Assembly (NCBI GenBank): GCA_002633005.1
Contig: NMRA01000117.1
Coordinates: 62,001-126,000 of the forward strand
Length of the DNA stretch: 64,000 nt
Direction: 5' to 3'
DNA from: Phoronis australis
Lineage: Eukaryota > Animalia > Phoronida
Both the position numbers and the translations under genes were made by a program. Positions 50,811-64,000 of the stretch are shown piece after piece. The notes beneath the pieces were generated by a model. The model did not search any database, was not told the DNA's origin, and worked only from the letters and a program-made list of their open reading frames with translations. Each line of letters starts with the position of its first letter. The stretch's first letter is position 1.

Positions 50811-53800
50811 TCAAAACTCGAAATCATTTAAGTCCATGCCCATATTATGGGGAGTTTGTGAGTTAAGTCTTGGAGTGACTGGTACCAAAATATTAAAATA
50901 TACTAAATTTGCCTAAGAAATGACTAATCTCCCAATACTACTATTTTCATAGGTTTTCAAATTCGACACAAGTAAGCCAAACTCGCCATGACAAAATTCT
51001 AACTTGACGCAGCAACGAGTCAAAACAAGTTGTGGAGAAAACAGAGAAGGCATGCATTAACTGTGAAATTAACATCTTCTCTGAGATTCAAAAGTGCTTA
51101 GTAATCACGATGGTGAAAAATATTTCATTCACAGCGTTACCACACTAGTCGTTATCACACTAGCCGATAAAGGGAAAAGGTTGATTGCTCCTTCATTTAG
51201 GCCAGGAAGTGGAAGCACAAACATAAATAAGACAAAGTTCAAAAATAGACACGAGATGCACTTCTCTTACAGCACACCATTGATATGTTCAAGTAGTGGG
51301 CAACTTGCCAAATCAACTATCAAGATTCGATTACACAAGCCATGTGATGGTCATGTGAGTGTGGGGGCGGAACACCGTGGGCCTGTTTACACACCCACTA
51401 ACTTCTGAACATATGAATAAGTACTTTATTACACAACTTGAAAGACTGATACTTCCAAATCACAAATATGTTTTATCTATCAAACAAGGCTGACAACAAA
51501 CCTAGGCATCAAAAAAATGAAAAATGTCTTCCAGACACTTATTACAACAGCTTCCAGACAGGCAAATGCCCAGGCACAAGCTACCCATCAGCTGACCATC
51601 CAAACGGACAGAGCATCCACCAGTGTCATGGTGGAAACAATAAGAATAAAATCACTCTATACATGTGTCTCAAGAGTAAAGTGCTTGCATAAGCTGAGCG
51701 GCGCCAGAGCAAAGCGGATAAGTACTTCTGCCTTGACACCACTTCTATCCATTCTATCCATACTAGAACTTAAATCGACACAATTGGAATGAGGGGAACA
51801 TGCTTTACTGGTGCCAAGGTTGTACTACTTTAATTTTTGCCCACATGATCAGCCAATCTCGTTGTTCCTGGGCAATTTGCGGTTGGGCAAGTGGCTGTGG
51901 AACTTTAAAAAGTAAAACATCAGTAATAAAGCAATGGCAGTGAATGCTACCTGTGGTACAACTAAACAGCAATTAAAATAACATTTTAGCTTGTAAGTTC
52001 GTAGCTAATATTAACATTTTTGTTCTGCCAGTCATATGCACAATGCAAGTAGTGTTTTTGTCTAATTGAAATGCCTGTCGAAATTTCTTGCTCATGTCGA
52101 CTTCATTGTTCCCATGGCTATTTTGTCTGAAATCACTGTGTATAGTTTTAAAAAACAACTGAAGAATGGAGTGCAGTTGCCGGATTGTTTATGAAACCAG
52201 AAAATCGACAACAGCTAAGGTATTTTATTCTGTCAAGAACTTTTTTACTGTTACAACGGTTCTGTATGTGACTTGGAGTTGCTCCCTCCGAGTTACTGTT
52301 GCATCACTTCAGCATCTCCAACAACCATAATTTACATACCATCAAAATCAGTGAGAAATCCATCCACACTAACAGCATTACCATAGCATCATTCTGAAGA
52401 TGTTCGGCATTGAAATCAACATGTCTACAAATAAAACCCTTTTCATAATTCACTTTCATTCAACTTTAACAACTTATTGCTTAATCACCATCAAAATAAA
52501 ATTAAGGGATGATTCAGTGATAAAATTGTCTAGTACATATGATAAATTGCAATATTCCTTTACATTCAGTACATGAACAGTGCTCAGAGGCCCCCATAAT
52601 GCAAATATAATCAAAATTGTTTATGTCAGTATAAATTTTCAATTGTAATCACAGGGAAAACCACCAATAAATGTAGATGCAAACAGAGTTAATATTTTCC
52701 AGGTATTGCTCCCATCACTAGAATCAATACACAGGACTTGAGGATATTATGCAAACAGGTCATTAACCTCAGCACTGACATAATATTGCTGCTTTCACTA
52801 AACAACAACCAAAAGCAAGTACTTACAGTAAAGCCAATCCCATTAAATAAAATGACAAACTGGGTGCAACTTTGCTCAACATTAAAGGTAAGACTCACAC
52901 TCATGAGATAGAAAAGCAAATATTTATTAGTTAACAATGAAAGAAAAATACCATGATTTCTACAATTGCACTCATTGTTAGCAAATCATAAATCCAGAAA
53001 AAGAAAGATAAAAATTGTAATTTAGGTCAATGCCATGCTTTTACACTCCTTGATAAAATATACATCCATTTACCAAGAAATCATTTATCAACTTTCAATA
53101 CATTCTATGCAGCATTCATTCAACACCTATTCAAAAGAAGGATACTTGGCTACTGCATGCTTTGCATAGTTCACTAAACCAGCCTGAACTCTACAGGACT
53201 GCAACACTTATCTATCTAAAATATACATAGCAGTTGTCTATCCAAAAATATTCATCAACGAAACAATGAGACTAGTATGAACTTAATTTTTCATATTGAT
53301 TCCTAGATTTGACAAAATGGTAGTAGTTTGTTTATAATAAATTTTACCCACAAACTCCTGTCCTAAATTTTGGAAAGGTTATCAAAGCTTAAGTTATGAA
53401 TGAAATATTACCAGGTATTCATGGCCAATGCAATCTGGCAAACAAAACATGGAGGTCAACCAAGCATAGTTGTGGTTAACATTAATGTTCCCTTGCAGAT
53501 AAAAGGCTGGAGGCATGTAACTTTGATGGGAATAGGAACTCAGCCAGTCACTGTGTCATTAATAATACAGTTTTGAATATTCACATGATCACATACCAAA
53601 TCTAGGAAACTTCTAATAATCAACAGTTATTCAATTTTTAAGACGGACTTTAGTCAAATTACTACAGAAATCAATTTGTGAAGTTAATCATTAATCTCCC
53701 TCAAATGCATTCGATTTTTCTTCACTTAAGAATTGATTTTTGTTTCAACAAGGGTCCATATAGAGTAAACAAATGACCACTCACTTGAAAGCCAATACTA

Positions 53801-55287
53801 GCGTGTATCCTCTTACTGATATAGTGCACCAAAGCTTGTGCAAAACCTAGTTTACTTCCACAATTTGGTTGTTAGAGCGCAATGTTAACGTAGCACAAGC
53901 ATTGACAAGGGATGCCCCTCACTGGAAAAGGTCATCCCTAGCGGGGTCAGGCTGACTAATCATCCACTTCCTAACCTTGCAAAGTTCAGTAACAAAGTGA
54001 GTTTTCAACACTTTTATCAACAGTATTTAATTGTAGTAACAGCCTAATGAACCATGTTGTGTCTCAGATTTGACATGTCTCATCACATCTCGCTTAATCA
54101 CCTGTTTTTATGTTTTTTGGTCAATGTTATGTAAAGTTAACACATAAGAGTACACGTGAAGTGTTCTCTTATGGGCAAAAGTGACCAACAATTTTACATG
54201 CGACATTTCAAACAAGGGGAAAATGAAATTTTATGTCATTCTTTAATCCTGAAATTACCTTTCAAACCATAGCAATGATTTCAAGAATGTTTCTAATGAC
54301 AATAGGCCTTCCACCTCTTATACTCAATACATAGAGAATGCGTGCAATTAATCTAAGAAGTCAATAATCAAAGAAAATTGTGCACACTTGTGTTCTGTGA
54401 TCAAACTGACAGGTCTATATTTGAAAGGGTCTACATTTGCAAGAGCCCCGAAGTTTAAACATTAGGACTATGATGTGAGCAATGGAAAATTTTGCTTTAC
54501 ATTAAAGCGGCCCATATACTGAACTTGTTCATCCATAGTATTGATCTCAATATTGTTTGATGCACATTCAACATATACTGCGCAATACTTAATATATGCT
54601 TAACAGTCACAATGGACAGATCAACCACGATAACTTTTGCACAAGTCTAGGAGCGAAAAACAACACAGACAAGAAAACATCAAATAATTTGATGGAACTG
54701 ATGAATAGGTTTGAGTATGTATGGGCAGCCGATTTATAGATCTTCATATTACAGATCCTAAAAACTATGTAACCTGTACCTTTGTGACTGGACCAGCAGG
54801 TCCTTACATACAGAGTTCTAGTCAGTAACCCACCTTGGAAGCATGGTTTATGAGACAAGAGATGGCAGGAAAGGGAAATGTTATTTTTCATTTTTCAACA
54901 TATTTAGCACCCACTAAATGCTTCATCATATTACGTTCTACACCACAGCTACTATTAGACACTTGTTTGAAATTATGGGGAATCATAATTATGTTATTAG
55001 TCCGAAAGAAAAAAGGTACATTTTACCAATTATTTTTATCGGAAAAATGAGATATTTCACTACACTTTCCTCCAAACCAGTTAGATAAAGCGGAGTGAAC
55101 ATTACATTTATCAGGCTTCGTGAAAGGTAAGCTGTGAATTTTTTTGGTCAATGCCCTCAGAACTATCTATTTAATTACACCTTAACCACAACCAGCAGCT
55201 TCTATGAACAAACCACAATCATTCCCTTCAACCACAGGTGGTGAACATCTACTGTATTAGGTTATTCACCCCCACCCACAGCCTTAA

Positions 55288-55668
55288 GAACCATCCACAC
55301 ACTGACTTACCTAAAACGAGTTACTCCAGGAATGAGTTGTCGCTAGCTTTGGGGGCTGTCTGGATGTTACTTTAAACTAGTGCACTTATCGAAGTAAGGT
55401 TACTTGTTCTAGGGTAACTTATGCCACTTCTAATTGCAGTGTGGCCGCAAACCTGGGCCAAGGCGGAAGTAATTATCAGCTGTAGTTACATACAGACGGG
55501 TTTTCTTTTGCGTACCATACTTGCATCAGCTGTTCATTGATATGCACAGAGCGACAACTTCCGCCTTGCACTAGTTATAGGATATGTGTGCGAGAGGACG
55601 CTTCACTAAAGTGAGGCAAGTTGCACCAGTGCAAGTTGTTGTAGGGTAAGTCTGTGTGTGGATCGGGC
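55288..55668. mobile_element. MITE flanked by TTAA (Harbinger-like if the TSD is TWA; TTAA-specific superfamily also possible)
   Basis: TTAA|GAACCATCCACACACTGACTTACC ... GGTAAGTCTGTGTGTGGATCGGGC|TTAA. Confidence 0.75.
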
Positions 55669-58600
55669 TTAAGTGCTGGTCAGCAATCAATTCCTTTTTG
55701 AACTGAAGTTAAAACGACATCATACTTTCAGAGGAAAGGGTTAAAAAAGATTAAACTACATTTTGGGGACATTATCCTAAGTTGTTAGTTACCTGAAACA
55801 CATGAAAGCACAATTCAACCAGAACAGTTCCTCATGCTATCCGTCATTAAGTGGATCTTATGGTTCAAGGTAGTTTGCCTTTCCTGACAATTGCCGCTCA
55901 AAATGTTGGGTTATAATATAATCTTAAATCAGGGCTCACCTCATATTTCACAGTTTTATTCCTGTTTTGTAGTTAATAATTGCTGCAGGTTTTAATTTTT
56001 TAAACTTCAGCATAATAGGATTTGGATACACATATTGTTTTACTGTTGCACTACACTTAAACCTGGACAAGAATTCTTCAAGATTTACACTCCCTATGAG
56101 TTCTCAGGCATATGATCATTTCTATTTGCTTTTGTGCAAAATCAGCAAGAGACAATTATTACCAGGAGTACAGCACAATAGAGACGAACTTGACCAATAG
56201 AGAAATACTGCATATTTAGAGTAGAGACTAGCTACAGTGTAAACAAAATAGTAGATCTATAGTGAAATCATTGATTATGTCAAGCTAAACATCCAACGAA
56301 CCAATCAAATCTGTTCATCACGCATAAAAAAGATATTTATTAAGAGTGGCACAGTGAAATACAAATATGTCACTTGAACGAAGAGAGAACAAAGAACCAT
56401 GCCAGAGCTAGAAAATTGCTTTCTCTTCCCAAATTCCAAATCTTTGAATAAAGGTATACTGTACCAATTTCAATGTTATAGACGTTGCTGGAGTAGAGTT
56501 AAAACACAGACACACAAGAGGCATTAATCCAAGATCACACACATACAATGACCAGCTTATTCCCACATTCTTGTTAGAGCGCTTAAAAATTTATCACTTA
56601 AATGGGAATGGCTATCATGTGAACCCACTGAGCAGACCTGGCACACTGCCAAGATCTATACATACCACTGCTGGCCCAGGGAAGATAAGGATAGAAAGGC
56701 CGCCTGGTTTTATGCCATGCCATCCATATGTTACATTTGCATTACATGTAAGGCAGAGAAACCAAAAATTCTGAAACCTAATACAGCTCGAATAAACGAT
56801 GTTGATTTCTTACATTCAACACATGTGCTTGTAAAAATAAGTCAGTGTACAAACTACCTACAAACAGATTTTCATTCTGAAAAGATAAATTTTGATGTTT
56901 AACAGGCAAGGAATGGACACTTCAGAATATAGAGCAATATAATTTTACACAAAACTCATACCAGGCACATACCACAGACATGTTTAGATTATTGTTAAAA
57001 TATCAGACATTAGTTGGGGGATGACCACCATGCACGGTGCACGTGACTCTTGTCAATGACAATGTATTACATAACACAACAGTATTCACATCACAACAAT
57101 AAAGAATTAAAATAAAATATCCATTACAAATACCATATTTTGATATCAAACATGACAACACTCAAATCAACCATCAAATCTACCATCATCTAAAAATCTA
57201 ATCACTAAAGTTCGCAAAACATGGCTGCACATTAAATGTCATGCATGATTTCACTACACAAAATCCCAAAAGGCTCAGTATCTACTTCCTTCAACCAAGC
57301 CCAATTTGGCCTCACAATTAGAATGCAATGCTTCTACAATAACTTACAGCACTGACACTGACATCCAACACAAGACTGTCCTTGGCAGGTTAGCTGGCAA
57401 AACACTGTTTTTCTTCTTCCACTTCATGCCACACAAGCAGCAACAGAGAGGATGAGAAGCAATGTGTCTTTGTTTCCATCTCAATCCAAGTGATCAGGAC
57501 TAGCCAAGGAGCCCCACCTCTCAGCAACCTGATTGGTTAATGCATGTAAATATTGGCATACCCCAGATTCCAGGCATATTATTACTAGTATTATGAATGG
57601 GCTTTATTCAGTGACCTAGGCCATTTAATTTAAAGAACCTACCCCCCCTCCCCTTTGCCTGGGAACCATCTTTCAATGCCTATCCCAAAAATGTAAATTG
57701 CCAATTGGATTGTCAATGGTTGCATAACATATTAACAACACTCATCAATAGCCCTTTCTCAGACTAACAAAGGCTGGCTACCTGCCCACCCCAGACTTGA
57801 GAAGAACACAAAAGAAAAATAACTTGACCCAAGGCAGTTAAATAACTTGTATGTTGGTGAGTGCATTGGAATAAGTACAAGGGGGTGTCTATTCTGATAA
57901 GAATTAGCTACAAAGCATAAAATTCAACCTGTTTCACTGATGACTTATACACCTACACAGCCTTGTCCAGAATGGTGCAGAATATGCTAGAAGCAACGTC
58001 CCAGAGGGCTAAACTTGGAGCTATGTAAACTTGACAGGTATCAATCCTACAGTAGCAAATTGTGAAAATTTAAACCAGCTATGAAAACTCACCCTCTGTC
58101 AGAAAACCAAGTTTTGATTTCGACCACTTACTATTATGCAATACGTCTAAAATTATTCCTTAGTCAAAATAAGTATGTTTTCTTGACTTGGAGAGAACGG
58201 AAAGTTGTTAGTGCATTAGACCAAATAAAAATCACAGATTTTCCATCTGAGTAAGAAACAAGTCGGTAAAAATAAAAAAGAAATAAATTTGGTGCAATAC
58301 AGGTTTGTACCCATTTGAAAGGCTTTAAACTTGAACAGGGACACAATTTTCACATCAGAAAATTTTGTGATAAATCTGTAATATTGTTAGTTGTAACTGA
58401 TGACAATGAAGTAAACTTTAAGGATAATCAAGTTGTCAGATTATGCAAAAAGCAGTCCTTTTTAGGCTCTGGCACTGACCTATCCAAATCTCGAACAAAA
58501 CTGAACCTTTTGTGTCAGTGCTTTTTGTTCAATCGTACCAGTAAAATACACCTACTGCACTGTTTGGCATTTTTGATCTTCACAGAGGAGCAAAAAGGTG

Positions 58601-59103
58601 GAAATGGTCCAGTTTAGAGCTCTAAAGTTTGTTTTTAACAATAGCCGCTCCACGTTTGTCACTACTGACAATAGCGGATTTGCAGCGCAGACGAATTACG
58701 CATTGCGCATGTGCGAGTTACTTCCTTCGCGAAGGCTCATGGGATAGCTTGTGGTCAGGCATGTCTTGAGCAGGCTGGATACTGTGTGCATTTGGAGTGA
58801 TTTGCAAACAAAAAACCATGTTTCATTTTTTTCCTTTATAATACCAAGCAAGTCCTTTCTCTCGTTTGTAAACACAGCGTAGCTATGATCAGTGACCGTG
58901 TGACCGAGGGCACGTCATGTTCAACAGCGTTGATTTCGAAATCTCCTCCGGTTCAAGTTGAGAGTTCTTGGGTTGCTTAACTTTTGTAGCTTTCGCCGCG
59001 GATATGCTAGAGACGTTAATTTTAAAAGGAAACTCGGTACGAATGTTGTTCTCATAAGTCTTTTTTCCACCAGGAAAATGTTCGCTGCACACACGATGGC
59101 CCC

Positions 59104-59644
59104 TAGGGAATTACATCGCACTGGATGCCGCAGGCATTCATGGGCGATAGTACATCCTCACAAAAAGTTACTCATTTCAAAATACAGCAAATAAAATCAA
59201 ATGAACCATACATATAGGAACACGGAGTTATAATTAACACATACCACGACTTTGGATACAATTTAGTCAGCAAAACTTGAACAAATCGATGAAAATCTGT
59301 CGCGGTTTGCTCGAGTTTCTCTCAGTTACCGGGTGCCATTTTGAGGAAGTTACGTGAAATTACGCATGTTGACGAATAAAAAGTCCAAGGGACGCACATC
59401 TTACAAGTTTCACCCGATACCTTCTCATGCTATTTTACAAGTGTCGCGCGATAGCGTCACGCGCTTCGCTCAGTCNNNNNNNNNNNNNNNNNNNNNNNNN
59501 NNNNNNNNNNNNNNNNNNNNNNNNNNNNNNNNNNNNNNNNNNNNNNNNNNNNNNNNNNNNNNAAGTAACGAAATGAATACAGAAAGCGAATGGAAGTATT
59601 GTAGCCCCTATATGGCCAACCGAGGGGCTACGTGTTGCCTACTA
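59104..59644. mobile_element. Nested insertion with 9-bp TSD GATGGCCCC and TAG...CTA ends (spans assembly gap)
   Basis: GATGGCCCC at 59095-59103 and at 59645-59653. Insert begins TAGGGAATTAC and ends GTTGCCTACTA. Confidence 0.75.
59476..59562. other. Assembly gap (87 N)
   Basis: Run of N characters. Confidence 1.
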
Positions 59645-60712
59645 GATGGCCCCGCGTTGGTTTGAATGCGCTAAATCTCCCCTTACTCCCAGCTCTCCTA
59701 ATGTTGTTTATCCATTTTTCACGAAGTTCTTGGTTTGCAGGGAACACATAAAAACTCAGATTTTTATCTCTCTTGTTGTTTTTGAAGCAGCCTGGAACAC
59801 AACAAGTGTATCCGCCGTAAGTTTTCTTCGCGGTCATACCGCGTATTATGCTTGTTACTATGGCCGCTTTCGGAATCCTGACAACAGCACCCACAATGCA
59901 CCATATTAACCTAATTTCAATATGGCGTCGCTGCAAATCCGCTATTGCTCAGTACTTCCATCCTCTGATAGTAGGCAGTATCTGCTGTCATCTCAAGAAT
60001 TTTTTTAAAACCTTTGAAAACCAGTGTTTTTGCTCACGTTTTGGGAGTCACCATTGGATTTAGTTCTTAGCAAACAGAGTTACTAAGACACCAGAATAAA
60101 ATCACGGACCGAATGTAGTTCATTAATTAATCGTTTCCACAGAAAGATCACTGCTGCTAACTTGACTTATCAGAGTTCGAAGCTTTAAACTTTGGCGTCA
60201 TCTAATTATAGCTACATGAGACTTTTAACATGTTAATTGCATTGGCTCTTGTACCCTGAAATGCTTTTCTTTCTGGCAGTTTTCTTACTCAAGAAAAAAA
60301 GGATTTTGTGTCAAGATTCGACTCCATCACGTGCAGTCTAAACTCAATCCACCATTTAAAGTTCACCAACCCTAAAACTAGGAATTGAAAATGGTGTAAG
60401 TACATGTCACTTGAGACTTGAGCAGATAACGGAAACAGAATCACCCTACCACAGTAAGGAATAAAAGACCGATTCTGTAAGAGTAAAAGGTCCAGTTTGA
60501 TTTTCACTTTTAGCCAAATAACCTTTAATTTAGGACTCGGAAAAATGCACTTCTTGTCACACATGGGAATGCATTTTTCGTCAAGCATGGAAATGCATTT
60601 GGTTAATGGCATGATTAAGATTTTTTAGAAAAGAACTCTGAATTAGTTTGTCCGCATAGTGAAAATCGTCTCATTAACTTTGTAGACATTTGCTGTATAT
60701 TAACTTGTACAT

Positions 60713-61148
60713 GGCTCAACTTGACAAACCATAAAGCTTGCCAATGCGACGTCAGATTTTGTTTAATAACCTGGTAAAAATTCAAAATTACGAGGTCGCC
60801 GCATTTTTGTGAGTAGCAGCAACCAAGTCAGAAATTGGATAAATAAAACTTCATTGTTGTAATTCGCTTTGAAATTTGTGATGACTTCCAAACTTCAAAA
60901 ATTAACAACACTTTTTCAATTCGTGAAATCAGTGTATCTGCCCCTCTCCCTCAGCACACATCCAAGCAGGGAGTCGAAATAGTTCAGCAAAGACACAGTG
61001 CCAGACCATGCACAAACAACGTGTCCTCATTGCTAAGACTTTCACAGTGCTGCATACAGGGTGTCCTTTTTTTGGCAAGCTTATTTCCCATTTAGCGACC
61101 TGGGAATTTTGCCAGGTTGTATTTGGCAAATTGACGAGCATCGAGCTT
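60713..61148. mobile_element. Diverged relative of the 34748-35297 MITE
   Basis: GACGTCAGATTTTGTTT..ACCTGGTAAAAATTC and GCGACCTGGGAATTTTGCCAG..GCATCGAG align with the corresponding parts of 34748-35297. Confidence 0.5.
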
Positions 61149-61683
61149 ATTGCACATAATTGTTTTTGTTGTATCGGAAACAAGCTATAGAGTCAACATT
61201 TGTAATTTGTTGTTAAATAAACATAAAATAGCCTTTTACACATTTTACATGCTTTTGCTTTTACTTAACTATGAAACCAGTGCACCAAACCAATGCCATC
61301 ACAGACATTTTCTCTATGAAGATACTTTCCAGCAACAAAGCCAAATTTTTTAAAAATCAGCAAAGCATTATCTATAATACCACCAAAGCAGATCCAGAAG
61401 TGTCACTATTTGGAAAATCACTTTCTGTTAAGTCAGAAAAAATTTTGTACAGAAAAATGACGTTTTCTTATACTAAATGGGCAATAAACCAGTACCTTGT
61501 ATGAAAATCATCTTTTGAATAAGGTCACTTACTATAAAAAATTGGCTCATCTTATTCTTTAGTCAGATTAAAAAAATATTTCTAGACTTGAGAAGAACTG
61601 ATAGGTCGCTTTTGCTTCAGCCCAAGCCCATTAAAAGTAGAAATGCCAGGGTCAACCTGGATTACCAATTCCCAACACTACTA

Positions 61684-63714
61684 CGGTGTTTTCTCTATTA
61701 ATTCGCACACTCTATTAGTTCATACAGGACCCTTGAAACGTGCTGTTTGTCTCCAATAGTTCGTACAGTAGGAGTCCGAGGGAAAAATAGTTCGTACACA
61801 TATTTGCGTCGGAAAAAATAATTAGTACAAGCTTTTAGGATCGATAAAATGGAAATTTTCATTCTTATAAAAGAACACAGATCAATAAGCGCCAATTCTA
61901 TTCAAGTGATCGGAATCCGTTATTTGCTTTGCTACGCTAGCATAGAGCTCGAAAAGTCGTTTTTCAGATCGCCATTTTTGGCGACAGAAAATGTAGAAAT
62001 AGCGATAAGATTTTCCAGTGCGTCGCCAAATGGTGGTAAAATTGTCATAACAGCGGATTTTCCCAACAAGGTCGTGTTATCCTCAGATTAGTTCAACACG
62101 AATAAATTTATAAAAGTGCGAAGTAACAGTACAGTGCCGTCCCATAGTCTTGTTGGAGCTGATTCCTGTGACTGAAGAGTGCAGAAGACAAATGACAATA
62201 CAGTGCTCCAGTTTGATTGCAACCATTCTCACATGGCGAAGTGCGCGTGTGCAATCTTCATGTCTTGCAAAGGTTACATACATAATCAGGATTAAATTTA
62301 TGGCCACAGTGGTCCCGTGACATGAGTAGAACTATGTGCGTATTAACTGTAAAGTTCTGAGTTCAGAGAACAATTAATCAGTTGTTTGACGAAATAAAGG
62401 CCCTTTCATATTGACTTAACTTCAGTCTGAGCGGAGCGTCGACGTAAACAGCGCAGTTAACTGGACTGTTCATACTGGCTTCGGTAGTTAATAAGCATCG
62501 AAGTAAAGGATTGGTGACGCTGACGTCAAGGAAGTTATTGTAAGATTTTTTCAATGTGACAATTTGGGAACATTTAAATGTGCTAAATGACATTAAACTC
62601 ATTTTTAAATCGATTGGTTATCATTAGAGCAAAAAATAAGTAGTTATTAGTGATGTCACTACTCTGTAACTGTTGACAATAACAGTGGCACCTGACGATA
62701 ACTCCGGTTGGACCAGAGTTAAGCATTCATACTGCACTGCAGCGTCGACGCTGCGTCTTAAATCCACCTGTTAACTGCGATTTTAACTGGAGCTGTTAAC
62801 TGCGATCCAGGACCGGAGTTAAGCGTTCATACTGACCGCAACTCCCCAAACCATCGACACATCGACGTTTGTAAGAAAGGCCCTTAAATGTTTGAAAAAC
62901 TAATTCAGGTGTTTTTATGGTTGGGTATGTTTATGTTCTAGACTTTGAAACCCAATGAGTTGTCAGCATAAGGTTTAGAGCGGCTATCTTATCTCGTACG
63001 CCCGGCATGGCTAACTTCAGTTGCCATTGCGTGAAACACACTATGTAATGAAGATGAGAATCGGAGGTAAGCGGACATGAGCCAGTTGTCCATCAAAAGT
63101 TAATTAACTCTTTGAGGCACACTTTCCTTTCCACAGCACCCTCAGTAACCCGGCAAAATACATTTCCAGAAAGCTAAGACGGGTGTATTTCATCAAAATA
63201 GGGAGAATTTGACACTTTTCCGTGGGGTACGAGAATTGTTCAAAATCCGAGAGCTTCCTTTCTAAATAGAATTGGAAGTGTTGGCAAAACCATCGTCACA
63301 TTTCTGTGGCCTGATTTTTTCGAATACATGTTTTATCTAGAGCACTGCAGTTGGAAAAAGTGCGGCAGACGACATCGCAGAAAGCGGGGTTCTGAAGGCG
63401 GCGTGGTTCCTGAAGTTTGCGAACATGGGAAGAAAATAAAATGACAAAGAGTTAAGTACTATATTTTGAAATAAATCCATCACCCGGGAAAATAATTTGT
63501 TACTTGTTGTTATAATTCACATTGCCAAGTCACCATCTCGGAGGCCGTCGTTGCACTCGTCGTTATTGTCGATCTTTATCTCTAAAAATTCAAAGACTCG
63601 ACTTTCTTCTCTAATAGTTCGTACGGACAATTTTGTCTCTATTAATTTGTACACGAAGCTCTCAAGGCAAAAGTAATTCGTACACTAGTGTACAAACTAA
63701 TTGAGAAAACACCA
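61684..63714. mobile_element. Tc1/mariner-pogo-like non-autonomous element (TA TSD) containing a nested MITE
   Basis: TA|CGGTGTTTTCTCTATTAATTCGCACAC ... GTGTACAAACTAATTGAGAAAACACCA|TA. Repeated TA(G/A)TTCGTACA subterminal motifs at both ends. Confidence 0.8.
62398..62884. mobile_element. PIF/Harbinger-like MITE family B, copy 3 (nested)
   Basis: TAA|AGGCCCTTTCATATTGAC ... GTAAGAAAGGCCCT|TAA, i.e. a TAA TSD typical of PIF/Harbinger. Confidence 0.8.
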
Positions 63715-64000
63715 TAAGCCCGAAGTCCAGTAAACTCTAAAAAGTTCAGTCACATCAGGTTTGCCTAGAGTATTATTGTAGCCTCAAATTTCTTCTAGAA
63801 GGTGAACATTATCTGTGCATGTACAAACCATAGTTATACACCCAATAATTCTAAACTTTGAAAGTCACTTAACTTACCTTATGACTTAAAGTCCACTCAT
63901 GCACAGTTAAAGTTTACCTTCGACGAGATTTAGGCTATGAAAATACCCAGTGTTTCAGTTAGTCCAGCCATTCACCTGTTACTAGTAATTGCGATTTCCA

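Larger units (their letters stand above)
58800..59837 (-). pseudogene. Disrupted THAP-domain transposase N-terminus
   Basis: MTAKKTYGGYTCCVPGCFKNNKRDKNLSFYVFPANQELREKWINNIRR...KPTRGH (59837-59645) joins in frame to RVCSEHFPGGKKTYENNIRTEF (59094 down) once the insert and one TSD copy are removed, giving a C2CH THAP zinc finger. An HCF-1-binding-type DHSY (58890-58879) and a coiled-coil-like stretch follow in a shifted frame. Confidence 0.85.
58673..59943 (-). mobile_element. ISL2EU-like (Harbinger-related) DNA transposon deletion derivative carrying a THAP remnant
   Basis: Perfect inverted repeat CAATAGCGGATTTGCAGCG (58669-58687) / CGCTGCAAATCCGCTATTG (59929-59947), readable as AT|AGCGG...CCGCT|AT (AT TSD, RR..YY ends). 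Encloses THAP-coding sequence but no DDE domain. Confidence 0.7.

Noticed and set aside
58613-58626. 14-bp perfect palindrome TTTAGAGCTCTAAA (similar short hairpins at ~18887-18921 and ~21527-21558)
   Set aside because: Short isolated palindromes with no associated structure; not interpretable.
9437-62602. Numerous 60-130 aa ORFs in the ORF track
   Set aside because: Apart from the THAP pieces, none shows a recognisable domain, and many start at non-ATG codons. Consistent with random ORFs in intronic or repeat DNA.

Overview
AT-rich animal (invertebrate) genomic DNA, most likely a lophotrochozoan judging from the bantam sequence. The only intact protein-coding gene I can support is a 4-exon SoxE (Sox8/9/10 group) on the + strand (CDS 1605-6894, 418 aa, canonical GT-AG introns, AATAAA at 7356). 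It lies in a CpG-rich domain that ends at about 9.4 kb. About 3.3 kb past its poly(A) signal, on the - strand and tail-to-tail with SoxE, is the bantam microRNA hairpin (10619-10679), which the ORF track cannot show. The SoxE 3' UTR has a bantam seed match (6973-6980), suggesting a linked miRNA-target pair. The remaining ~53 kb has no recognisable host gene. It is CpG-depleted and strand-skewed as expected for a long minus-strand transcript (candidate pri-bantam host). It carries candidate non-coding exons, a TEAD/Scalloped motif cluster and many non-autonomous transposons. These include two Helentron-type (HINE) elements that each carry ten co-oriented CTCF-like motifs, Harbinger-, hAT- and pogo-like MITEs, and an ISL2EU-like THAP remnant split by a 9-bp-TSD insertion that spans an assembly gap. 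All calls were made by eye; no searches were run.
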